NCBI GenBank assembly: GCA_964395115.1 | Contig: CAYMZX010000003.1 | Span: 14,111 to 78,110 of the forward strand | Source: an uncultured Gammaproteobacteria bacterium | Lineage (GTDB): Bacteria; Patescibacteriota; Microgenomatia; UBA8517 | Length of the DNA stretch: 64,000 bases | Direction of reading: 5' to 3' | Part shown: piece after piece, positions 8,736-18,310 of the stretch | Position numbering within the stretch: the stretch's first letter is position 1 | Layout: every line of letters begins with the position of its first letter | Notes under the pieces: model-generated | Seen by the model: the letters and a program-made list of their open reading frames with translations, nothing else | What the model was told of the DNA's origin: nothing | Database searches by the model: none | Made by a program: the position numbers and the translations under genes

Positions 8736-10100
8736 TCAAAGGGTCTTTTTTATCCCCAATAAATCCTCTCTTATTTGCACATCGCTCGAGGCTAGTTGGG
8801 TTATTTTTTCCACCGCATGCATAACCGTGGTATGATCTCTTCCAACAACCCTTCCGACCTCCTCTAGAGGAAGACCAAGCTCCCTTCTTAACAAGTACAT
8901 GAGAATTTGACGAGGTCGGGCAATTGGTCGAGCTCGAGAAGGCCCCAAGAGAGAGCGCTTGCCCAAGGAGTAATATTTCGCTACTGCGGAAACAAGATTG
9001 TTTGGGGTGGTTCTAATAACTCCAACGTCTTTTTCCTTCTCCCCTAAAAGTTTTCTAACCAATTCTTCCCCGATTGCGATTTTTTTGAGCCTTGCCTCCG
9101 AAGTCAGGCGGACAAGAAAGCCTTCGATTTTTCTTGCGGTGTCAATATTGCCGGCAATTAGTTGTATTAAGTCCATGGGAAGCTCTAGTCCCCTTTCTTT
9201 GCTTTTAATTTGGAGAATAGCGCAACGAAGCTCAAAATCTGGCGGAGAGATATCCACGATAAGCCCGGCTTCAAAACGACTTCTGAGCCTTTCTTCTAAT
9301 CTGGAAATTTCTGACGGAGGGCGGTCGGACGTCATAATAATTTGCCCGCCCGAAGAAGTAACCGCGTTAAAAGTGTGAAAAAACTCTTCCTGAACAGCAT
9401 CCTTGCCCGCAATAAACTGGATGTCGTCTAAAAGAAGTACCGAGAGCTTTCGATATTTTTCTCGAAAGGATTGGGTTGTTTTATTTCTAATTCCCTCAAC
9501 AATATCGTTTGTAAAGTCTTCCCCGGTGCAAAAAAGAACTTTGGTTCTCGCATCCTTTTTTAAAAGAGCAACCCCCACCGCGTTCATCAAGTGAGTCTTG
9601 CCGACGCCAACGCCTCCCCAGATAAAGAGAGGATTATAAGCGCTGCCGGGGTTTTTGGAAACGGCTTCGGCTGCCGCCCAAGCCATCTGGTTTGAAGAAG
9701 AAACGGCGAAATTTTCAAAGGAAAACCCGGGCCTGACGCCCGTTCTGGCAAATGCGACCCCGAGCTCTTCTTTTTCGTTTTTTTCGCTATCAAAAAGAGG
9801 AAAGGATATTTTGGCCGCTTGCACGTTTTCGGGCTTGGCTTTAACTACAAAGTCTAGGTCGCAAGGAGTACCAAGCGTTTTCATTAAGCTATCCTGAAGA
9901 AGTCCAAAATATCTACTCTCAATTGTTGTCCTAATAAAAGGCGACCTACATCCAACCCGCGCCAGTACCCTTCCCCGATTTCTTTCCAGTTTTTCTAAAT
10001 AAGTTTGGGAAAACCAAGTAGAAAAAATAGCCGGAGAAACGGAAAGCTTTAATATTTCCAAGGTTTCTCTCCAGATTTGATTTTCGTCGAATTTTTTCAT
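8736..10100 (-). CDS. dnaA: Chromosomal replication initiator DnaA
   Basis: YNPLFIWGGVGVGKTHL, LLLDDIQF, QEEFFHTFN, RLRSRF, GRDHTTVMHA. Confidence 0.98.
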   Translation of the reverse strand: MKKFDENQIWRETLEILKLSVSPAIFSTWFSQTYLEKLERNRGRVLARVGCRSPFIRTTIESRYFGLLQDSLMKTLGTPCDLDFVVKAKPENVQAAKISFPLFDSEKNEKEELGVAFARTGVRPGFSFENFAVSSSNQMAWAAAEAVSKNPGSAYNPLFIWGGVGVGKTHLMNAVGVALLKKDARTKVLFCTGEDFTNDIVEGIRNKTTQSFREKYRKLSVLLLDDIQFIAGKDAVQEEFFHTFNAVTSSGGQIIMTSDRPPSEISRLEERLRSRFEAGLIVDISPPDFELRCAILQIKSKERGLELPMDLIQLIAGNIDTARKIEGFLVRLTSEARLKKIAIGEELVRKLLGEKEKDVGVIRTTPNNLVSAVAKYYSLGKRSLLGPSRARPIARPRQILMYLLRRELGLPLEEVGRVVGRDHTTVMHAVEKITQLASSDVQIREDLLGIKKTL

Positions 10101-10140
10101 TGTTTACCCTGGGCAGAAGACCCCCAAAAGAAGTACCAGC

Positions 10141-10170
10141 ATAATATTGAAGTTATCCACATCTCGTCAA
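10141..10170 (-). promoter_or_regulatory. dnaA promoter with a perfect DnaA box in the spacer (autorepression)
   Basis: Minus strand TTGACG (10170-10165), 18-nt spacer, TATTAT (10146-10141); TTATCCACA at 10153-10161. Confidence 0.7.
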
Positions 10171-10230
10171 TCCCCAAAAAGAGATCCTTAGAGATTTTAA
10201 TTCGCCTTAGTTACTGATATAATGATGCTC

Positions 10231-10374
10231 ATGTCAACAAAAAGAACTTATCGTCCGAGCCGAACAAAACGAGCGAAAACCCATGGATTTCGGATAAGAA
10301 ACCGAACCAGAAAAAGCCGAAAAGTGATTAAAAGACGAAGGCTTAAAAAAAGACAGACACTCGTCCCCGATTAG
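10231..10374 (+). CDS. rpmH: 50S ribosomal protein L34 (below the ORF-track size cut-off)
   Basis: [47 protein letters not shown]; canonical position between dnaA and rnpA. Confidence 0.95.
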   Translation: MSTKRTYRPSRTKRAKTHGFRIRNRTRKSRKVIKRRRLKKRQTLVPD

Positions 10375-10376
10375 AA

Positions 10377-10721
10377 ATGTTAGCTCGGAAGTATACTCTC
10401 AGCGACAAAAAAACATTTGAAAGGATTGAAAAAGAAGGAAAGGTTTTCCAATCGGAGTCTTTTGGGTTGGGAATTTATAAAAGGGAAGACGGTGGGCCAT
10501 CGCGGTTCGGATTTGTTGTCTCAACAAAGATATCGAAAGAGGCGGTCCAGAGAAATAGGATTAAGAGAGCCCTAAGCGAAGCCGTTAGGTTTGAAATGTC
10601 ATATATAAAACCGGGGTATGACGTAGTTTTCTTGGCCAAGGGGATAAGCGCCAGAAAACCCACCGATGAACTAATGGGCGAAGTTAGGATGGCGCTAGAA
10701 AAGGCAGGCTTGTCTAAATGA
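10377..10721 (+). CDS. rnpA: Ribonuclease P protein component
   Basis: [22 protein letters not shown] (RNR motif). Confidence 0.95.
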   Translation: MLARKYTLSDKKTFERIEKEGKVFQSESFGLGIYKREDGGPSRFGFVVSTKISKEAVQRNRIKRALSEAVRFEMSYIKPGYDVVFLAKGISARKPTDELMGEVRMALEKAGLSK

Positions 10722-10951
10722 AAAAAATTTTATTATCAATTATTGACTTTTATCAAAAGTCGGTCTCGCCCCTCCTCCCTGTTTTGTTTGGTGGGGGATG
10801 CCGGTTTTACCCATCCTGTAGTCAATATACTAAAGAAGCGATTCTCCGACACGGATTATTAAAAGGAATAGCCCTAGGGATGAAGAGGATTCTTTGTTGC
10901 CATCCTTTTGGCGGGCAAGGAGTTGATCCAGCCCCGCAGAAATTACCATGA
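10718..10951 (+). CDS. yidD: Membrane protein insertion efficiency factor
   Basis: FYQKSVSP...[10 protein letters not shown]...RILCCHPF. Confidence 0.95.
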   Translation: MKKILLSIIDFYQKSVSPLLPVLFGGGCRFYPSCSQYTKEAILRHGLLKGIALGMKRILCCHPFGGQGVDPAPQKLP

Positions 10952-11760
10952 ATATCTTTACGGCGTTACTCATTCAACCTTTGGCCAACGGCCTTATCCT
11001 TTTTTACCGGCTCTTATGGGGAAACATGGGCCTCGCCATCATTGCTTTTAGCACCGCCCTTAGGTTTTTGACCTTACCCCTGACAAGGACATATTTGGAC
11101 TCGATGAAGAAGATGAAGGAGTTAGAGCCGGCTATAGCTAAACTCAGAGAAAGACACAGAGACGATAAAACAAAACTTCTTCAGGCGCAGTCCGAGTTAT
11201 ACAAACAAAAAGGGGTTAATCCGGGCGCAGGATGCCTTCCATATCTTTTACAGATAGTTATTCTCATCGCCTTGTTTAACGTTTTTTCTAGAGCCCTTGC
11301 TCCCGACGGAGATACAATGTCTAAATTTAATGAGCTGTTATATGCCCCGCTAAAATTTAACTCGGGAGAAACCCTAAATACAAAATTTCTTTACTTGGAT
11401 ATTACCCGCCCCGACGCCTTTAGACTTCCGGGGGTTCCCTTTCCAATTCCGGGCCCGACTTTAATTTTAGCCGCCCTCCTCCAATTTGCTTCGGCCAAAA
11501 TTATGACACCTTACCAGAAAATAGAAGAGAAACTGGCAAAAAGAACCCGGCAAACTGTCGATGATATGCAAGTTGCCATCCAACAAAGCATGGTTTATAC
11601 CTTTCCGCTATTTACCTTAATAATCGGACTTAGTTTCCCGTCGGGCCTTGCCCTTTATTGGTTGCTTTTTTCTTTTTGGCAGTTTTATCAGCAATATAAA
11701 ACCTCGGGGTGGGGAGGCCTAACGCCCTTTCTGGTAAGGATGAAGTTTCTCAAAGATTAA
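10948..11760 (+). CDS. yidC: Membrane protein insertase YidC/Oxa1 (short, Gram-positive-like)
   Basis: [33 protein letters not shown]. Confidence 0.93.
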   Translation: MNIFTALLIQPLANGLILFYRLLWGNMGLAIIAFSTALRFLTLPLTRTYLDSMKKMKELEPAIAKLRERHRDDKTKLLQAQSELYKQKGVNPGAGCLPYLLQIVILIALFNVFSRALAPDGDTMSKFNELLYAPLKFNSGETLNTKFLYLDITRPDAFRLPGVPFPIPGPTLILAALLQFASAKIMTPYQKIEEKLAKRTRQTVDDMQVAIQQSMVYTFPLFTLIIGLSFPSGLALYWLLFSFWQFYQQYKTSGWGGLTPFLVRMKFLKD

Positions 11761-11761
11761 C

Positions 11762-12226
11762 ATGGGGAAAGATTATTTAAAAGAGATTGAAAACATAGCA
11801 AGTGAGCTTTTGGTCCTGATGGGGACAAAGGCCTCGGCAGTGGCCGAGGAGGATAAAGAAAACGATGCAATTGTTGTTAACATTTCCTCCAAAGAAGAAG
11901 CCGGCCTTTTGATCGGCCACCGGGGTGAAACTCTGAACTCCCTAGAGTTAATTTTAGGAATAATATTTAGGCAAAAGGCTGGTGAATGGAAGAGGATTAT
12001 TGTTAACGTTGGGGATTGGAGGGAAAAGCAAAACTCTTATCTCCGAGATTTGGCCAGAACTGCTGCCGACAGAGTCAAGCAGACGGGCGAACCCCAAATT
12101 CTTTACAACTTGAGCGCCGGAGAGAGGAGGATTATTCACCTTGCTCTTTCGGGGGATCCGGGGGTAGAGACCGGATCACAGGGGGAAGGAGAGGAAAGAT
12201 TCTTGGTTATTAAACCAAAAAAGTGA
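11762..12226 (+). CDS. jag: Jag/KhpB RNA-binding protein (KH + R3H, no Jag_N domain)
   Basis: LLIGHRGETLNSL (KH GxxG), ERRIIH (R3H); follows yidC. Confidence 0.9.
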   Translation: MGKDYLKEIENIASELLVLMGTKASAVAEEDKENDAIVVNISSKEEAGLLIGHRGETLNSLELILGIIFRQKAGEWKRIIVNVGDWREKQNSYLRDLARTAADRVKQTGEPQILYNLSAGERRIIHLALSGDPGVETGSQGEGEERFLVIKPKK

Positions 12227-13464
12227 AAAGGTTCTTAAAAAGGGGCGAGAATTTCCTTTTCTCTCTTATTGTTTTTTTAATTCCATCGCAACTTGGTTAC
12301 CACTTTTTTATTAAGTCCTCTTATGTTTACGGCATCAGAATTGATTATTTGGCCCCCACCATTTATTTGACCGATATTTTGATTTTGGCCCTTTTTATTT
12401 TCTGTCTGGCTCGGGTCCAAAAAATAAAAATTAAGCCTTGGGCTTTGGCCTTGGGAGGATTTGCTTTAATAAACCTTTCTACTTCAAATTTTTCGGCCGC
12501 GAGTATTTACAAATGGATTAAAGTTGGTGAAGCTATCTTTTTTGGGTACTATGTTTTTTCGAAACGAAACCTTCTGATCAAGAAACGGGTTTTACCCCCA
12601 CTGGCATTATCAGTCATTGTTTTTTCGGTGATAGGAATAGTCCAATTTTTTCTCCAAAGATCGATCGGTGGGCTACTCTATTTTTTGGGCGAAAGAACTT
12701 TTAGCTCAACGACTCCAGGAATATCCCTTTTTACAGTTTTTGGCAGGCAATTCCTGAGACCATATTCCACTTTTTCGCACCCGAACTCCATGGCCGGCTT
12801 TATGTTGGTGGCTGTTTTATTTTTGCTCTCCCTTGCAAACTCAGCTAGTAATCGAATAATTAGGACCTCCTTGGTTTTTGGTATCTTTTCAATCTTGATC
12901 TCGGCGTCTCTTTCTTCAATATTAGCCTTCATTACGATGGGAATTTTTAGGTTTCTTATGATTTATAGAAGAGGGTTTGCCAGCAAGATAATCCATGTTT
13001 TCCTCCCGTTCTTGATGGTCTTCAGTATTTTTTTGCCACTTGTCGCCCGAACCTATTTAAAGGCGGGAGATAGCGTTGTCGGCGAGAATATAAAAAAACG
13101 ACTTATTTTGGCCGAGGTTGTTGGAAAAAATTTTTCTGATTCGCCGATTTGGGGGATAGGGTTAAACAATTTTATTCCCAAGCTTCTAAGCTCGGGGAGA
13201 TTGCCAGAATTGGCGTGGTGGCTTCAACCGGTGCATAATATATTCCTTTTAACATTGGCTGAAGCTGGACTAATAGGGCTGGTGATCCTTTTTTTGCTTT
13301 TTCAAAAAGCGATTATATCGGCGATAAGATTTAGCGGCGCAACCGTTTTCCCCCTTTTGGCAATTTTTTTGACCGGCTACGCCGATCATTATTGGCTCAC
13401 TCTTCAGCAGAACGAGATTTTACTCTCTTTTATTTTAGGGCTTTCCTTTAGGAGGACGCTTTGA
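12223..13464 (+). CDS. O-antigen ligase (Wzy_C/WaaL)-family membrane protein
   Basis: Multi-TM; RPYSTFSHPN, PIWGIGLNNF, PVHNIFLLTLAEAGLIG. Confidence 0.85.
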   Translation: MKRFLKRGENFLFSLIVFLIPSQLGYHFFIKSSYVYGIRIDYLAPTIYLTDILILALFIFCLARVQKIKIKPWALALGGFALINLSTSNFSAASIYKWIKVGEAIFFGYYVFSKRNLLIKKRVLPPLALSVIVFSVIGIVQFFLQRSIGGLLYFLGERTFSSTTPGISLFTVFGRQFLRPYSTFSHPNSMAGFMLVAVLFLLSLANSASNRIIRTSLVFGIFSILISASLSSILAFITMGIFRFLMIYRRGFASKIIHVFLPFLMVFSIFLPLVARTYLKAGDSVVGENIKKRLILAEVVGKNFSDSPIWGIGLNNFIPKLLSSGRLPELAWWLQPVHNIFLLTLAEAGLIGLVILFLLFQKAIISAIRFSGATVFPLLAIFLTGYADHYWLTLQQNEILLSFILGLSFRRTL

Positions 13465-13478
13465 TAGCCTAATAGACG

Positions 13479-13898
13479 ATGAAAAAAGAACTCACGGTCT
13501 ATTGCGACGGGGGGGCAAGGGGAAATCCTGGTCCGGCAGCGGCCGCATTTGTAGTTGAAAGAGATGGCCGGGTGATACACAAAGAGTCGCGATTTCTAGG
13601 CAGGGCAACCAATAATGAAGCTGAATATGCGGCTGTTCTCTTGGCGGTTCACTGGTTGTTAAAAAACCCAAAAAACTATGACACTGCTGTTCTGCTCGTC
13701 TTGGATTCCGAATTAGTAGCGAAACAACTGTCAGGAATTTTTAAAATCAAAAGCGAAAAATTAAGGAACTATTTTTTTAGTATAAAGGAGCTGGAAAGGA
13801 AGATCCAAGCCGGCCTGTTTTACAAATCAGTATCTCGCAACAAAAACAAACTGGCCGATTTTTTAGTAAACAAAACCTTGGATGAAAATTTTAGATAG
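13479..13898 (+). CDS. rnhA: Ribonuclease HI family
   Basis: YCDGGARGNPGPA, TNNEAEY, DSELV, NKLAD. Confidence 0.92.
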   Translation: MKKELTVYCDGGARGNPGPAAAAFVVERDGRVIHKESRFLGRATNNEAEYAAVLLAVHWLLKNPKNYDTAVLLVLDSELVAKQLSGIFKIKSEKLRNYFFSIKELERKIQAGLFYKSVSRNKNKLADFLVNKTLDENFR

Positions 13899-14018
13899 TT
13901 TCACGTACCCCTGTTTCAACCCCCGTTTTGTCACTTGAAAAAGTAACTTTTATCGCAAAAACTTTTTGAAAAAATTTTTCAACAAATTGAAAATCTGCGG
14001 TAATTGAAATAGGATAAA

Positions 14019-16679
14019 ATGAATATGGAATACCGACCGCTGGTTTTTCTTTTTGCAAACCCCGACCCGCTATCATTATCAGTCCTCGAAAAAATCTTGG
14101 CTAATCGTTGTTATATAAAAACTATAAGTAACAACGTACGGGACTGGGAAAAAAGGACTTCGCACATCGTCGAATCAAAATTTTTCGAGATATTGGAAGA
14201 GCCTGGCGGGGAGGAATGCGACTACATTATTGTTTCCGACCCCGAGCTTACTATAAAAGATTCAATTTACCAAAGTTTTTTAAATATTTATAGGAAAAAT
14301 AAACCGAAATCCTTATTAATTTTCCCCTATTCGACCGATTCTGAATCTGCCCGGCACCGGCTCAAATTAATTATAGAGACCATTTCACCTCATATTGATG
14401 AGGCAACAACGGTTTTTGTAGGAGACGTTTTCGGGCCAAGAGTAAATCTCTCTTACTCAAGCACCGTTGTTAAGGTACTAACAAGAGCAAAAGAAAGGGG
14501 TAATTTCTCCTACTCGGAAAGAGCCCTGAATTACTATCCGGTCGATAGTGCTACTTTGTCAAAGGAAATAGTCAAATCGCTTTTTTCTTTTGGGCCCCGA
14601 GGCGGCTCATTGGGGATTTTGGGTCCCGCGGTATCCCAAGAGGCGCTGTTTCAAAAATTAAGAAAATATTTTCCCTCGCTAACGATTTCGTATGACCCTT
14701 TTTTAAAACGGACAGAGGTATCTTGCGAATCGAGAATGACGATCCAGGGACATATTGATGTGATGGTTAAAGAAAGTCTTGATTGGCTCGAAGAAAAAAC
14801 AAAAAAACCAGAACGCGAAATAGAGGTACAAAAACTCACATCGATACCCAAGAAAAAAGGCAGGAAAAAAAGACGGTCTTTTAGTGTGGTTGTATTTGGA
14901 GGCCTCTCAGCTTTTTTTCTTGTTTTCGTACTCCCCTTTTTCTTGCTTCTTTTCTCAGGATTTTCACTGTTTTTTGTGGGACAAAAAATAAAAGAGGGAA
15001 GGCTGACTAGCATTAAAGTGTTGTTGCCTGTTAGCAAAACACTTACAACCATAAATCAGAACATTTTTGAAGTTTATTCGAAAACACCTTGGGTTGGGGA
15101 AGTATTTTATGCCGGCTACGGCGTTTCGAAAATTGTCGGGCGGACATATGACTTAATAGAAAGCGGATTGGGGGCGGCCGAAAAAGTGTCCGAACTAATT
15201 TCCGATTCTTTGGGTCGGGAAGATTATAATCCATCCGAAATATGCAAAGAAATCGAGGTTGAACTCGATTGGATCTATAAGGAAAGCGGTTTTCTTCAGG
15301 GCGAGATTTTTCAATTAGATAGCAGATGGGGAAATTTGGCTAAAAAATATTTTTCATCTTCGCGACTTGACGACTTTCGGGAAACTCTCTGGCAACTGAA
15401 AACCATTTTTTCCGAGACCCCGACCTTATTAGGGTCAAGCAAGCCTGCTTCTTATTTAATTCTTTTTCAAAATAATATGGAGCTTCGCCCCACCGGCGGT
15501 TTTATAGGGTCTTTTGCTTTAATCGATTTTGACAGGGGAAGATTGAAAGGGATGAGCGTTTACGACGTGTATTCAGCCGACGGACAGCTTAAAGGACACG
15601 TCGAGCCCCCCAGTGAGATTAAAGAATATCTTGGGGAAGCGAATTGGTATTTGCGGGATTCTAATTGGGACGCCGATTTTCCTACTTCGGCCACCCGGGC
15701 GGAGTGGTTTCTTGGCAAAGAAATGGATAAGTCTGTAGAAGGGGTAATCGCCGTTGACCTGGAAGTGGCCAAAAGGCTTCTCAAGATACTTGGGCCAATT
15801 TCTCTGGCGGATTTCAACGAGGTTATCGATTACACAAATTTATATGAAAAAACACAAAAACAAGTAGAAGAAAATTTCTTCCCGGGTTCGTATAAAAAAA
15901 CTAACTTTTTAACCTCCTTGGCCAGAGAAATAATTAACAGGCTTGTTGTAAGCAGCAAGGAAAAATACCCCTTGCTCATAAAATCTATTTGGGAAAGCTT
16001 GGCTGAACGTCACATACAAATTTTTTTCCACAATTCAACAGCCCAGAGGGCCATAGGGGAATTGGGTTTCGATGGGGAAGTAAAACAACCCAGTTGCGAG
16101 GGAAATTGTTATACAGACTGGTTAGGGATTATCGACGCCAATGTTGGCGTTAATAAGGCTAATTATTTCTTAACGCGGAACGCTTCTCTTTCGGTATACT
16201 TGTCTGGCGATAACCTAAAAAGATACCTGACTATTCAATTTAAAAATAAAGCCGTTTCTAACTTTGGAGAGGCTGGGAGGTATAAATCATATTTAAGAAT
16301 TATGATTCCTGCAGACTCCCAGGTAAACGATGTTGAAATTGCGTCGAGGAACGAGAAAATCAATTTGAAACCGACGGTCCACGAATTAAAAGGGAGGAAA
16401 GAAATTGGAGTTTTAATTGAGGTGTTGCCGAATGAAACAAAGGAAGCCGTTTTTTCTTGGGAGGAGGTCAATAAATTGGCTTTCAATAAAAGTGGAGAGT
16501 ACCGACTTTATTGGAGGAAGCAGGCGGGGACCGAGGGAGATTTAATATCTATTGCTTTAAACTTTCCCCGCAACGCAAGCCCAGCAGCAACGGTACCAGC
16601 CTTTACCTTGACCGAGGATGGGACACTCATTTATAATACAAGTCTTACGCGAGATTTGTTCTCGCGTATTATTTGGTAA
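14019..16679 (+). CDS. DUF4012-domain membrane-anchored protein with degenerate Rossmann/epimerase-like N-terminus
   Basis: YLILFQNNMELRPTGGFIGS, LRDSNWDADFPTSA, NVGVNKAN, KQAG are DUF4012 hallmarks; one central TM. Confidence 0.8.
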   Translation: MNMEYRPLVFLFANPDPLSLSVLEKILANRCYIKTISNNVRDWEKRTSHIVESKFFEILEEPGGEECDYIIVSDPELTIKDSIYQSFLNIYRKNKPKSLLIFPYSTDSESARHRLKLIIETISPHIDEATTVFVGDVFGPRVNLSYSSTVVKVLTRAKERGNFSYSERALNYYPVDSATLSKEIVKSLFSFGPRGGSLGILGPAVSQEALFQKLRKYFPSLTISYDPFLKRTEVSCESRMTIQGHIDVMVKESLDWLEEKTKKPEREIEVQKLTSIPKKKGRKKRRSFSVVVFGGLSAFFLVFVLPFFLLLFSGFSLFFVGQKIKEGRLTSIKVLLPVSKTLTTINQNIFEVYSKTPWVGEVFYAGYGVSKIVGRTYDLIESGLGAAEKVSELISDSLGREDYNPSEICKEIEVELDWIYKESGFLQGEIFQLDSRWGNLAKKYFSSSRLDDFRETLWQLKTIFSETPTLLGSSKPASYLILFQNNMELRPTGGFIGSFALIDFDRGRLKGMSVYDVYSADGQLKGHVEPPSEIKEYLGEANWYLRDSNWDADFPTSATRAEWFLGKEMDKSVEGVIAVDLEVAKRLLKILGPISLADFNEVIDYTNLYEKTQKQVEENFFPGSYKKTNFLTSLAREIINRLVVSSKEKYPLLIKSIWESLAERHIQIFFHNSTAQRAIGELGFDGEVKQPSCEGNCYTDWLGIIDANVGVNKANYFLTRNASLSVYLSGDNLKRYLTIQFKNKAVSNFGEAGRYKSYLRIMIPADSQVNDVEIASRNEKINLKPTVHELKGRKEIGVLIEVLPNETKEAVFSWEEVNKLAFNKSGEYRLYWRKQAGTEGDLISIALNFPRNASPAATVPAFTLTEDGTLIYNTSLTRDLFSRIIW

Positions 16680-16681
16680 TA

Positions 16682-17386
16682 ATGGACAGACAAATACTTG
16701 AAGGAAAGACCAGAAAAATCCTTGGTAGAAAGGTTAAAACCCTGCGTCGAGAGGGATTTGTGCCGGCTAATATTTACGGCAAAAAGATAAAATCATGCCC
16801 TATTCAGGTCAAAGCCGATGATTTTAAAAGGGTCTTTGCCGAAACCGGGGAAACAGGGCTCATTTCTTTGCGGCTCTCTCGGGAAAAAGGGAAGGAAGAG
16901 CGGACGGTGTTGGTTTCCAATGTTCAATATGATCCCGTTTCCGACACGCCGATTCATGTAGATTTTAGGCAAGTAGACCTCAAAGAAAAAGTTACCGCTG
17001 CGGTACCGATCGAAATTATTGGAGAATCTCCGGCAGAAAAAACAGGTATTGGAACAGTCGTCAAATACATGGACGAGGTCGAGGTAGAAGCCCTCCCAGG
17101 GAATTTTCCCGAAAAGTTTAGTATTGACGCCTCCCTTTTAGGGGAAGTAGATCAATCGGTTAAAGTCAAAGACCTAAATTACGACAAGTCTAAAATAACA
17201 ATAAAATCTGAACCCGAAACAATTATTGTAAAGATTGAGCCTCCGCAAAAAGAGGAAGAAATTGTTCCGCCATCACCCGAAGTCTCGTCCGAAGATGAAG
17301 TTGCAGTCGAAGAGACTCTCGAAGAGCGGGAAATATCAGAAAAAGAAGAAAAAGACTCGGCTGAGGAACCGGACGCGGAAAGATAA
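16682..17386 (+). CDS. rplY: 50S ribosomal protein L25/Ctc
   Basis: RKILGRKVKTLRREGFVPANIYG, VQYDPV...IHVDF, acidic tail. Confidence 0.95.
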   Translation: MDRQILEGKTRKILGRKVKTLRREGFVPANIYGKKIKSCPIQVKADDFKRVFAETGETGLISLRLSREKGKEERTVLVSNVQYDPVSDTPIHVDFRQVDLKEKVTAAVPIEIIGESPAEKTGIGTVVKYMDEVEVEALPGNFPEKFSIDASLLGEVDQSVKVKDLNYDKSKITIKSEPETIIVKIEPPQKEEEIVPPSPEVSSEDEVAVEETLEEREISEKEEKDSAEEPDAER

Positions 17387-17767
17387 TTACCTTATTCTGT
17401 TTTCGATAATACGGATCTCCGTAGAATTTGGGTGAATTATTCTTGCCTTATCGTATGCAAAGCGCGCTTCGGCCAGATCGCCAAGATCTAGGTTTATGGT
17501 GGCCAGTTCAATCCACGCGTAAAAATAATTCGGATTTTGTTGAAGAAATTTTTTCCAAAATTCTTCGTTTTTCTTCAAACCAACGAAGACATAATCAGTT
17601 GTTTCAGTGGCTACTCCCAAGACCCGTTTGTGGGACAAATATGAATTAATATTGAAAGAAGTTATCAAAAGAATTAAGCAGGTGGCGCAGCAGGAACAAA
17701 AAAGTATAATTTGTTTTTTAAAATTGTATTTTCGCGAAGAATTTTTCTTTTGTGCAGACTTGACCAT
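17387..17767 (-). CDS. Single-TM protein with TPR-like C-terminus
   Basis: TM, then NPNYFYAWIELA...AYDKARIIHPN. Confidence 0.65.
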   Translation of the reverse strand: MVKSAQKKNSSRKYNFKKQIILFCSCCATCLILLITSFNINSYLSHKRVLGVATETTDYVFVGLKKNEEFWKKFLQQNPNYFYAWIELATINLDLGDLAEARFAYDKARIIHPNSTEIRIIENRIR

Positions 17768-17806
17768 TGCAATTTTTTGAACCTTTATGTTAAGCTGGTT
17801 TTAAGT

Positions 17807-18310
17807 ATGAATGAGAATACGGGGGAAACGCAAGTCACCGAGCAGAAAACCCAGATACCAAGCGAAGAAAATCCTCAGGCGCCGGCGTTGAAGCAAACAT
17901 CTCCGGCGGGCCCAACGCCCCCGCCCCCTGAACCTCCAGCAGTAGCAACGATGGAGCCGGCTATGACCCCACCGCCGGTTCCAGAACAATTGCCAAGAAA
18001 ATCAAACAAGATTTTGTGGTTCGCAGTTGGCTTTCTAGTTTTATCGATTGTGGGGATAGTAGCGTACGAGATGATTAACAGGGGGTTCTTATCTAAAAAA
18101 ACTGCTTGTACGGAAGAAGTAATGATTTGTCCCGACGGAACAGCCGTTGGGCGGGTTGGTCCAAACTGCGAATTTGCCCCGTGTCCGACACCGCAATTGA
18201 CGCCCGTACCCATTCCGGAGGAAAGCCCTTTGGCAAGCCCTAGTGGAACTTTAACTGCCACTCCTTCAGCCGAACCTATAAGTTCACCGACGGCTAGTCC
18301 TCGCTTTTAG
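17807..18310 (+). CDS. Pro-rich single-TM surface protein with a 4-Cys mini-domain
   Basis: Likely start ATG 17807; CTEEVMICPDGTAVGRVGPNCEFAPCP followed by an S/P/T tail. Confidence 0.75.
   Translation: MNENTGETQVTEQKTQIPSEENPQAPALKQTSPAGPTPPPPEPPAVATMEPAMTPPPVPEQLPRKSNKILWFAVGFLVLSIVGIVAYEMINRGFLSKKTACTEEVMICPDGTAVGRVGPNCEFAPCPTPQLTPVPIPEESPLASPSGTLTATPSAEPISSPTASPRF

Noticed and set aside
13897-13912. parS site (GTTTCACGT...)
   Set aside because: Only the left arm matches TGTTTCACGTGAAACA; the right arm reads ACCCCT
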